NCBI GenBank assembly: GCA_051362555.1
Contig: CM120648.1
Location: forward strand, 12,334,587 to 12,398,586
Direction: 5' to 3'
Length of the DNA: 64,000 bases
From: Lingula anatina
Lineage: Eukaryota; Animalia; Brachiopoda
In this document: positions 1 to 10,979 of the stretch, in pieces
Position numbering within the stretch: the first letter of the stretch is position 1
Layout: each line of letters begins with the position of its first letter
Position numbers and translations under genes: made by a program
Notes under the pieces: model-generated
Database searches by the model: none
What the model saw: only the letters and a program-made list of their open reading frames with translations
Told to the model about the DNA's origin: nothing

Positions 1-799
1 AATAAGATGCAAATCTGGATTTAAATACCAATCACAACAAATACTACAAGTGGTTATGAGTCACCTACGTGTGATAACACTGAAGTGTTCAGAAAATCAT
101 AACATTCTCAGATTCAAGCTGACGCCCTTTTTACTGCATCGAAGGAAGGATTTGTATAGATCTCGACAAAACATGAAATTTACGATTACTGGATTTAAAG
201 CAATCTTTGCTTAACAGACGTCCTTATTTCCCATCTTTTTTCATAAATACTTTCTGTTTTCTGTCACTTGTCATGGCATTAATATCACGTCATCCTAAAC
301 AACCGGCGATCGCCATGTGGGTCAACCGCTCGACCGGCATTTTTTAAGCAATGAAAGTACACGTCCAATAACACAAAACAAACATCAGAATTATCTAAAA
401 GGATACGACTGTTGTCCTCTTTGCTGCTGTTGACCCGGTGCTTGCTCTTGCGGTGTATAAGAGGGATGTCTTCGGGGATGTATGTTCATTTCAACGTGAA
501 AAGGGAAGAAATGAAGTCCTTAGTGAAGGACCAAGTTCGGTAGCTTGTTGCCAAGCTATATCTCCTACAATTAATAAAATAAAGGTCTCGTTAGACATAT
601 CAATGGTTATACTTTGTAACTCACCTGGAATAAGATGTCTACAATGTTCATGATGACTTAGATGAAGCCAGATTTTTCACATAATATTCAACATGGCGTA
701 CCTAACAGGAGTCTGCAAGGAGACGATTCGGACGTTTCCGTTACACTCTCGGATATTTCCGGCATCTCAGGAGCGAAGGTCAAGGTCAGAATAATAAAC

Positions 800-3754
800 G
801 GAGAGAGAGAGAGAGAGCAGTGCTCAGGAGAAAAGAACCGCTGAAGGACTGCACTTTATGACAGTGAGTATCTGTCCATTTTCTTTTTTAAGAACGACTA
901 TATAAATAATCTTCTATCAGAGTGTTACAATCCCATTGCTTTTAAAGATGGTTCTGGCGTTCCCCAAACTCCCAACTGTCTCGACTGTCGGTCACGGTTC
1001 GGTGTAAGAGGAATGAAGTCCGCTAGGAACCGTATTCCGCTTCCTATTACTTTGTAAAGGTGGCATTTGTCCCATATTCTTACACCAATTGTCCAACTAA
1101 CCCTAACGTGTACTAATCATATTGGTGTCCAAACTTCCATTCCTAGGACTTCCTTTCCTGTTACAGCTGGATGTTAGCCAGCAGTCTTCACAGAGGGTTC
1201 TTTATGAGGAAAATACTTTTTTCCATCGTAGTATGTGTTAAATTATTGACTCAGAACATTGTTTTCCCAGAAGAAAGGCAGGTTGAGATCAGATGATTAA
1301 AATTGCTGCTTGATGGAACTACTGGCATGATCGTACAAAAATTTGCCCCCAAGAATTCTAAAAGAAATTATCTTCACCTTTTATTTCACACCTGTTGTAG
1401 TGTCAATACCAACAAATACTTAGTTTAGTAAAGTGTGCTGCCTTCTTCTTCTCTCTCTCTCTCTTGTTTGAATACATGTGGCACGAAAATTCATGAGTTA
1501 GCACTCCTATTGACAGTTCTGAGATATGGTATACTGGCTGCCCTAATGCATAATTACTGGCAGCGCAAGCCAGTTACTTATAGTAACTTATAGTAACTGG
1601 CTTGCGCTGCCAGTAATTACGCCGCGGGATATTCAGGGCACAGACCGTGATCATAAGACATACCGTGAATAGAATTTAGAATTTAGAAAATAGACATTGC
1701 ATGTGAACGAAGCCTTATAGTCATTAAAGACCAGATCAGTTACTATATATATATATATATACTGGAGAGATTTGAGAAGTTTGAGGTTGCATCTTTCACC
1801 CGACAGATAGGAGAGCTGGTCTTTTTATGCTTAGATCATAACTTAAGAAACAAAAATTATAAATATTGTTCAGGGATTACTCTCAGGTTTCATTGAAATC
1901 TGTGAAGATTTAGGTGGTGAAAATATCAAATTAATTTATTTAGTAAATTTTTGATTTACTTATTTAGGTACATGTAAGTGTTTTGATACCCTGAGTGTCA
2001 GAGCAACGTAAAAGCTAGCTTGCTAAATATACCTTGTGGTGGAGTCGCTTTTACTAACTCTGAAGACCAGCGGCCATGAAAGTTTTCCATCAATCAAATA
2101 GAACTGCTCCGCAGTGAAAATGCAGTTGAATGTCATCAGACCAAAATAAAACGTAAAACAAATTTAATTCTGCTTTATTTAATTTTATTTGCTGTATTTA
2201 AGATGTAAAGTGAAAAAATAAATAATATTCTTCGGAAAGAAAAGATATATCCAATGTTTTTGTATTCTTTGCTTATCAAAGAACATTTAGTCCTGAGATA
2301 TACACGTGCACAATACATGTGCTTGCCGTGTGCCAAATTTGACAGCTACACTGTATGCCCGATACCACTATAAGGGCTGCGCAATGGCTATACGAAAATA
2401 AGTTTTTACAGCAGAATGTTGCTTGTATTGTGGCACTGACCTTCGACTGCAAGATATTTTCAATTCAAACTTCTAACTCTGCGTCAGGCACTTTAATTGC
2501 TTCTTGTCTCGCCTGCACGAGACTTCAGCGCAAGGCGGGAAAGGCAGTTCCAGGCGGCCAAACCTGTGACGTACGAGACTTATGACTTCCAAATATGGAT
2601 CCAGGCGGACACAGCTGTGACGTGTGACTTCCAAATATGGAAGGGCCCCAGGCAGAATTTTGAAGAAGAACGCCCCAGAGTTGCCACTGTTCGCTAGAGC
2701 CTGGTATTGCTACTATGGGTTATATATGAAATCAAGATCGAGCTGGCAATACCGGAATCTAGAACCTAGGGTAGTGTTTTGATGGCCTAAGAATGACTGA
2801 CTGAAAGAAAAAGAAAAAAGTAATGTACCCAGGTTTGAATTAATATCTAAATACATGTTTTTGCACAAACCTTCTTATCTTGAATGTCATCTGATCTCAA
2901 AGAAAGACACCTGCAGTTCACCACTTTTTCAAGTTTTGCTTTCTTAAACATGTCACCTGACCTTGACCAAACTCATGACTCTGACTATAATAATTTGGAG
3001 TTTGGATTGACACCCCGGGCAGTCAGCTCAAAACAAGTGACATGACAATAAATAGCAGCTCAAGGTTCAGTGGTGACAGATGCCTCTGTTAAGATATCTA
3101 TTTAGTAACCAGTTCCAAAGGTAGAATTTGTTTTTGTTGTTCCTTTGCAGGTTGGATGGAATAAAAAGCAACCTCGCTGATTCACAGGCACTGGTTCTCT
3201 GGATGTGACAGCAGTAAGGCATGTAACAGGTGAGTTCACTGTGATGTGGTGATACTCGGGGTGATCTGCAGTAAGGCATGTAACAGGTGAGTTCACTGTG
3301 ATGTGGTGATACTCGGGGTGATCTGCAGTAAGGCATGTAACAGGTGAGTTCACTGTGATGTGGCGATACTCAGGGTGAACTGTAGTAAAACATGTAACAG
3401 GTGAGTTCACTGTGATGTGGTTATACTCGGGGTGTTCTGCAGTAAGGCATGTAACAGGTGAGTTCACTTTGATGTTGTGATACTCGGGGTGATTTGGTAG
3501 CACTCTTTTTGCCTCCAAACTTTAAAGACCTCAAGATGAAGTCAATCCTTTTCCTGTACATGAAACCATTTTCTTTTTCTATCAATATGTTTACTGGTCA
3601 GAAATAATACTATCAAAAAAAAAAAAAAAAAAAAAAAAGGGAGTTACAGTGCTCTTGTAATATTTTTGCTGCTGACACCACTATAATGTCTTCATTGTTT
3701 TAACTGTAACAACTTTGATCTAGGTCGGCTTGCATCAGACGAAGAGAAACCACG
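800..3754 (+). other. Probable 5' UTR exons of PQLC2 (exon ending 863; exon 3151-3229; exon starting 3724)
   Basis: Donor ACA|GTGAGT at 864 in a CpG-richer region; acceptor TCCTTTGCAG|3151 with donor CAG|GTGAGT at 3230; acceptor CTAG|3724 upstream of ATG 3755. The start coordinate is approximate. Confidence 0.55.
3208..3495 (+). repeat. 57-bp x5 minisatellite containing an exon end and donor
   Basis: CAG|GTGAGT donors at 3230, 3287, 3344, 3401 and 3458. Confidence 0.95.
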
Positions 3755-6700
3755 ATGAATTTCTCTGCACTTAAAACTCTCATGAACCTGGAGACCAACT
3801 GTACTGGCGGGGTACCATGGATACTAGATATATTAGGGGAGTGCGTCTTGGATACCAAGACCTACATATCCGTCATCTTGGGAATGGCGTCTCTGTTTAT
3901 TTTCATCATTGCGGCTTCCCCGTAAGTATGATGCGGTGACTAGACAAGCAGTATAACTTCATTGTAAACTAAAGTGGCTGGAAAATGGGTCACTGCATAT
4001 TTAACTGTTTTGAAGTAGTGTTTAATGTGGAAGTCATGTATAGTATGGGTTTTTTATAATTATGTCATTTTTGATGTTTATCATTTCTGTGTAAGATATG
4101 ATTTTATGTGAAGTTTCAGTTGAACTGTATTTGGGATTGGCTAATTAACTGTCCTATGCAATTGCTTTATATATACAGTACGCTATACTAGTATATCAAC
4201 ATAAAACCCACCAGCATGTGTTGTATTATGTGTAACCTCTTGTCATGAATAAAAGAACAGAGACATGGCTTCATATGACATATATCAATTGATGAATGAA
4301 ACCTCATTGTATTTGATATCTCCAAGCATGAACGTTAATAAATCATAACTTACGAACTTCATTTATTCCAAACATTTTACTATTTCAGTATTTATTATAA
4401 ACAGTATGTGTAACCTCTTGCCATGAATAAAAGAACAGAGACTGAATTGGCTTCGTATAACATTTATCAATTGATGAATGAAACCTCATTATATTTGATC
4501 ATCTCTAAACATGAATGTTAATCAATCATAACTTATGAATTCCATTTATTCCAGACATTTTATTATTTCAGTATTTATTATAAACAGTTACCCACAATGA
4601 TGTTATTTTCACTTTTATTTTTTTTTCTGAAATTCTTAAATAAGTTTGGAAAATTAAATATGTAAACAAAATTTAGGGTCCCAGATGGTTATTGAGGCTC
4701 CCCCATATGTGACCTCCGAGGAGTCTTATACCCCATTCACACTACAGTTGCAAAAATGCGCATTTCTATAATCCAAATTTTTCGTGAGGAATTTGATTCA
4801 GTTTTGCGTTCACACACGCTAAGCGAAACCGAATTACACGTTGAAAATCTCAGGTTTAACTTCCTGTTTTGAACACTCGCGCATGCGCCGCACAGGCAAT
4901 CTTAAAATACCAACAAAAATTTGTGACGACAAATGCAACTCTAAAGACATTCCAGCATTCTTGAAAAGTATAAGATGGCAAAATAAGTTTATTTCCTCAT
5001 GTTGTAGTGAGTGGTGACCTCCAAATACGTTTGGTGTAATCGCTAAAGTAATAAACAAGCGTTCACAGATACCCGCACTTATCTGCACACATGCGCAGTT
5101 AGATCTGTACAGGTGTCGATTCCAGTAAGTTATCCGGATCGCGCTTAGAAATCCACCTCGCTTGCAGGATTTTGAAAATGCGCATTACAAAAATCCTCTT
5201 GCGTTCACACTACTGCATTTATTCGAATTGTGACCTAATTCGCAATTTATCCGGATAACTGAGCGTAGTGTGAACGGGGTATTAGAGTGCATTTACAAGT
5301 TGATCCACTGACTAACAGACCCATGGACTAAATATGCCTGACCCACTTAAATACCATTCCCCTAATTCGCTGATGGTCTCCTCGCCTCGATATTCCCCAT
5401 TAAATGGATTTAATCTAGGCTCCAAGGTTTAATTGCTTGACCTGCTAGTCCTGCTCGATTGTCAGCATGGGACCCATCACAAATATTAGATAAATCTTTT
5501 GACTGCATCGCCATTCTGTGGGACAAGAAAATTAAAAAAAACTTTATTATAACATTATTGGAATGTTACTAGAATATTTAAACATTACCAGGATGATGTG
5601 GTAATGTTATAAAAACATTTTGTTTGCTGTGTTGATGTCATTTGTGATGCTAGTATTACTCTGGAGCGGATCCAGAGATATTTTCTGACAGGCTTCCGAA
5701 TTATATATTGATCCATGCTCCACTTTTGACCGTCTTCCGACAGAAAAAATAGATATCTGTCAATGTAAACTTGAAAATCTGACCATCTTCCGGAAGACCC
5801 AGAAGACGGCCTAAATCCGCCCCTGTATTACTAGTATATATATTTGTTGTGTTCATTTTTTCCAGTCAGCTAATAACCAACTGCAGGACAGGTATTGTGG
5901 ATGAGGCGATCTCTATAGGATTAATACTGTGCTGGCTGGCGGGAGATTCCACAAACCTGATTGGATGTTTTCTGACAGACCAGCTACCACTACAGGTTGG
6001 TTTTCAAATCAAAGGCCCCATTCACAACCTAAGTTGGTCCGCCTAAGAGATCCACCGATCAAATATGGTCTACCCACTTGAAAGCTAAGCAGGCTATCCC
6101 CTTTAAGAATCGATTCAGTGTCTATAAGGGGATTATGCAGCAAGCTTTGAAGTGGATTGGACATATTTGAGCCATGGGTCTGTTAGCCCACGGATCAATT
6201 TGCTCTGAACATTCCAAAGGATAGTGGGTGCCCAGTCTGACATTTTTTTTCGACAAGGATAAGGTCTTTCCTTTTCCCCGAGCCATAAGAAATGACATGT
6301 AATGACCTCTCCTTACACGCTGCATACTTTTCTTTTTAAAATCATTTAGTTGCTTTACCTTGGTATTGGATTTACTATCACGCTTCAAGAATATTTGCCA
6401 TTTTCTCTTTTTAACTGATCAACTGATTCAAGAAGAAATTGAGGAAATTTTCATCTTTTCAGAAATGGTCAGCCATTTACTATGTGCTGATTGATATGTT
6501 GCTGCTTGGTCAGTATGTTTACTGCAAATGGAAACACATGAGACGTAACAGAAGATTAAAAGGTGAGATTGAATGATGTCTTAGTAGGGTTGAGTGCACG
6601 CAAGTATTTTTTCATTTATGCATGTGTATGTACATTTGTATTTCCATGTGTATGTATGTATGTATGTATATGTGTGTGTGTGTGTGTATGTGTGTATGTA

Positions 6701-8111
6701 TGTATATGTGTGTGTGTGTATGTATGTATGTGTGTGTGTGTATACATGCATGCACGTTTAAATATCAGCTGAAAGATTTTCCCAGAGTTGATTCCATATT
6801 TCATTTCTTCATTTTGTTTGTTCATTTATTTTTGAAAGAGGTTTCTTTGAATTAATCTTATCTTTCATTATAATGTTGAACTTTATTTTCTAGTCCACAA
6901 TGTTAACATTCAAGATGAAGGTGTCTCCCAATCGCGTCTCCTGCAGTGTATATTTGCCCTGTGGGGCATATCGTACATTGGGATCAGTCTATTACCATTC
7001 CAAGCCACTGCCACAGAACAAATGTCAGTTATCAGTCACATGAGACCTGCTGGCAGGACACTATTACAGGAAACAGAACACCATACTCCGGGACCTGTCT
7101 TCACAGTGAGTTGATCTGTCATTTCACAACAGGTCTGTGACCAGGGAGGGTTTGGGGTTGGAATGAACTGCCTTTTTTGCCAGGAAAAGGTCCAGTCTGG
7201 TAAAATTGGGTGTAGGTACATGAAAGTTTCATTGTAAAAGGTCCTTCTTTTGGAAAAAAAACACCACCTTCATCTGAAATTGCTACTGGCCTGAACAACA
7301 ACAACTACAACTGTGTGGCAAAAGTTTTCTTGAATTTGCATCAAATGAGAATCTAAGGGGGATATGTCATTGATGATTGGATGTTAGCAATTTTTTCTTT
7401 AGGTTTGTTATATGTGATATCACATCCTTTGAGGATGTGTTCTGAAACCACACAATCTTGGTTCTATCAGATAATCACTTATTATTATTATTATTATTAT
7501 TATCACTTGGAGGTGGTTCACCATTTCTAGCAAACAGTGATGTGAAAATCTCATTTCTTTGTTTTTAGTGTATTGTCTTTTACTGTATGTTGTATGGTGG
7601 TACTTATATTAAATTTGCTTGCCAGTAATAACATTGAGTACCACAGCACAGTGACCATTTTGCTTTGGTAACCAGTAATAACATTATGAGCGCCATAGCC
7701 TTCCGTATTCATGGCTATTTTCTATTCAAGTGATATCAACACAAAATATATACATCAGAGGCAGATTTAGGGCGTCTTCTGGGTCTTCCGGAAGACTGTC
7801 AGATTTTCAAGTTTACATTGACGGGTATCTAATTTTTTCTGTCGGAAGGGGTAAAAAATGGAGGATGGATCAACAAAGATAAATTGGAAGACTGTCAGAA
7901 AATAACTCTGGATCCGCCCCTGTACATGCATCTTCTAATATGTTGTTGTTTTTTTCTTCAGGGTACAGGCGATATAATAGGCTATGTGTGTGGTATCATA
8001 TCCACATGTTTTTATATGGGGTCCAGACTGCCACAGTTACTACTCAATGTGAGTAATCAGGCACATTCACACAAGGTTGCTTAAAGGGAAAACAAGTGTT
8101 TGTTCCACCCC

Positions 8112-8142
<31 letters not shown>

Positions 8143-9629
8143 ACACACACACACCTAAATTTTTCCTAGGCTTAATGATGACTTTCACAAACTAACAATG
8201 GTTTATGAATCCATTCTGGCATTCAAAGTTAGTCCATGTTTTTATTTTTTTTATAAAAAGTTTTTTTTTCTGTAAAATCTTAAGGGATTATTATGGATGT
8301 ATAGCCATCTATGCAATTCCACCTGGACTCCGTATCTCGAAAGGTTCGCTATGTTGCGCACGTGCGCAAGTGTATCGATTCCATAACCGATTCTATTTCA
8401 AGATACGTGGCCATGGAATAGAGACGCTTGCGCATGTGCGCAACATAGCGAACCTTTCGTGATACGGAGCCCAGGTCTGATGGCAGGCAAAGGTTACAGA
8501 ATAGTTGCGATAAGTGCTGTTTTGGTGGTAAAATGGAATTTATCATATTTCTGTGTGTTACAATGTTTTTATTGTGATATATAAATCTCATACAAACAGT
8601 TTAAGACGGAATAGGCCCAACTTGCATCATCAAAAGTTTAAGTAGCCAAATTCAGAACAGGTATTGCTGATCATCTTTTGAATGAGACCGAATAATTTTT
8701 GCTTCCAGTTCCGCCGTAAGTCAACAGAGGGCGTTAACATGGGCATGTTCATCCTGATCGTGAGTGGCAACCTGACCTACGGCAGCAGCATACTGGTGAA
8801 GTCCACGGAGGAGGTGTTTATCCTCCAACACTTACCCTGGATAGTAGGAAGCTATGGCATGATTCTCATTGATATCATTGTATCCTTGGAGTGATATTGT
8901 TATGTAATTGATGTTAGTAAGAACATTTTGGTGCCCTTTACTGTGTGATCTCTTTTTCTGAGAAGGGGGGGGGGGGGGGGGGGGGGGGCTAAAGGGATCT
9001 TGCAACTCTCTTGTTATTGATGTTATTTTAAGGTTTTCTTTTTGCATGCTTCATATTTTCAAATCTAAATATTCTCATTCTTTTGAGTTCTCAATGTCAA
9101 ACAGAATAATTTGCACTTTTTAACTTGTTTCAGGTCAAGTATTCAGTTATTGTTGATCTCCTCATCATAGGCAGTATTCAGAACAAATGATCCGCGGGCA
9201 AACTGGTCTGCAGATCAAATATGGTCAACCCCCATTTGAAAGCAATACTGCTAATCCCCTTATGGTCTCACCGCCTACCCAGCTCTGCAGGGGTCTAGTA
9301 ATTAAACAGATTTTATCTCAGTTCCGGGGTTTAATTGCTAGGACGGCGTGTGCAGGAGGAAGGGAGCCCATGAGGGGATTTGGTGGCATTACTTTTAAGT
9401 GGGTTAGCCATATTTGATCCCCATATCAGAAAGTCCACTGATGAACTTATTCTGAAAGCGCCCATAGTTCAGTTTCCACATCTTTCCTTGATCATGTCCT
9501 CAGACATTCTCTCAGTTTTACTGTTACCGTGGCAACAAGGCAATACACCTCGATGAAAACAGTGAGGATTATGAGAATGAAGCAGAGAAACCTTTATTAG
9601 ATGAAGATGAGCATAATGTGGAATACTGA
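3755..9629 (+). CDS. SLC66A1: Lysosomal amino acid transporter 1 homolog (PQ-loop repeat protein 2), 7 coding exons, 330 aa
   Basis: Exons 3755-3921, 5866-5995, 6463-6562, 6894-7105, 7962-8048, 8709-8879 and 9504-9629 join in frame with GT-AG ends (993 nt). The translation has PQLC2 hallmarks: NCTGGVPWILDILGECV, ASPQLITN (PQ loop 1), WLAGDSTNLIGCFLTDQLPLQ, GSRLPQLLLNFRRKSTEG (PQ loop 2), GNLTYG, HLPWIVGS and an acidic tail with EKPLL. Confidence 0.95.
4226..4590. repeat. ~180-bp tandem duplication in a PQLC2 intron
   Basis: TATGTGTAACCTCTTG.CATGAATAAAAGAACAGAGAC...CAGTATTTATTATAAACAGT occurs twice. Confidence 0.85.
4729..5281. mobile_element. Tourist-like (Harbinger) MITE
   Basis: TIRs TACCCCATTCACACTAC / GTAGTGTGAACGGGGTA, with TTA duplicated on both sides. 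Confidence 0.8.
5661..5825. mobile_element. ~165-bp hAT-like MITE (also 7756-7922, 56354-56516, 57138-57307, 61422-61593)
   Basis: Family ends CAGGGGCGGAT...ATCCGCCCCTG and shared core CTTCCGGAAGACCCAGAAGAC; flanking direct repeats of 5-7 bp. Confidence 0.8.
6625..6745. repeat. (TG)n/(TGTA)n microsatellite; others at 8107-8153, 21251-21300, 27589-27644, 27775-27824, 55814-55847, 60979-61028, 61387-61414
   Basis: Directly visible simple repeats. Confidence 0.95.
7130..7293. mobile_element. Second hAT-like MITE family (also ~35690-35852 and 61120-61289)
   Basis: CAGG.CTGT.GCCAG...GCTAC.GGCCTG ends and shared GGACCTTTT motifs. Confidence 0.6.
8880..9503 (+). other. U12-type (minor spliceosome) GT-AG intron in PQLC2
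   Basis: 5' site GTATCCTTGG; branch-like TTCCTTGAT at 9484-9492, about 11 nt before the AG; flanking exons join in phase 0 (IDII|TFSQF). Confidence 0.85.
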
Positions 9630-10979
9630 TATTATTATGGTGCAAAAAGTTTTGGTTTTAGGTCTCAGAAGTATGAAATTAGCATTATTTCATCAAAAGA
9701 AAAACACAGACTAACACTTGAATTTTAAAATTATACTCGTTGCTTTGTTAATCTTTATGTACAGCTGCCTTACAATTGTGATATTCAAAACTTCTGTTAG
9801 ATTAATTTCTTTTCATTCATTTATATGATAAACTAGGGTTTAATGTAAATGATGCAGAAATCTGGCTTAAAGGTGTTTAAGAGACGGTGATCGTAATTCA
9901 AGACTGAAAGCTGTATATTTTTCTGAAGCACTTTAAAATGAGTCAGTAAAATTATGTATGACTGATGCTTTACATCCCAGTGGAGGTCTATTTCTCATTG
10001 AATTTGAACAAAATTAGATGATATTAGTGATAAACAGGCATTCGTAACTTAGGTGGGTCTAATGTTTAACATTCCATTCTACTATGCACAGATGCAAAAG
10101 CTAATTATTATTTTTTTTTTGGGGGGGGGGGGGAGGGGGCAGAGAATGTTATGTATGATAGTCAAGTTGATAATATTCTATTAAACTTGACAAATATTTG
10201 TGTTCAGAAAACCGCAAACACTGTCAATCCTTTTTTTTTTCAATGATTTCTCCCTTAGTTCAACTACAGAGTAGTTTATTATGGGAAAGGAAATCTTTGC
10301 TATACAGCAGTAAACTGCCTTAAATTATTGGAATGAGCATGATATTCATAGGCCTATGGTAAATACTCCCAGAATTCAAACAAAATGGACATTTTTTCCA
10401 AAAAGTTGTTTTGTAAATAATACTCCAATATACAGATTCCAAAATGTTTCTTGGATTCCAGTTAGAGTATACTTTTTGTGGGCAGTTAAAAAAATGGAGT
10501 AAATAATTGTTTGAGTTTAAGAAGTTATTACTATGCCTTTGACATTGTACCTTTTTAGAACAAACAAACAACATAGTGCAATAATAATTTATTTCAGTCG
10601 GAGGGAGCTGGGAAAAAGGCATGGTTATAAAATAATTTTATTTTTTTGTTATAGGTTTACATACTATTGGCAAAAGAAAGAGAAAGATAAAACAGAAAGC
10701 ATTTCAAATTCAAAATTTTTTAAGTCCTGTTTATTCTACTGGTAAAATATGAACGTGCTTGCTTGTGTTCACTGTAACTGTACGTGTTACATTTACATGT
10801 AACACAGTTACAGTGCAACTGTGACACAGTTACAGTGAACGCAAGCAAGCATGTTCACTGTAACTGTGTTCACTGTAACTGTGTTAAAAATATTGAATAC
10901 TATTATGGGGAACATCTTAGATGGCCTAAAATGAGGAAAAGTAGGGGAAAAAAAATTTGTCAGGCAATACAATGTAGGT

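Noticed and set aside
3067-3518. Minus-strand repetitive ORFs (HPEYHHITVNSPVTC)
   Set aside because: Antisense reading of the 57-bp array, open only because the unit length is a multiple of 3.
6563-6855. ORFs rich in CV/HT dipeptides (also 21225, 27460-27756, 61354)
   Set aside because: Translations of microsatellites.
9437-9460. CTGATGA...GAAA hammerhead-like spacing (also in HINE units, e.g. 51461-51500)
   Set aside because: No stem II or stem I pairing could be drawn.
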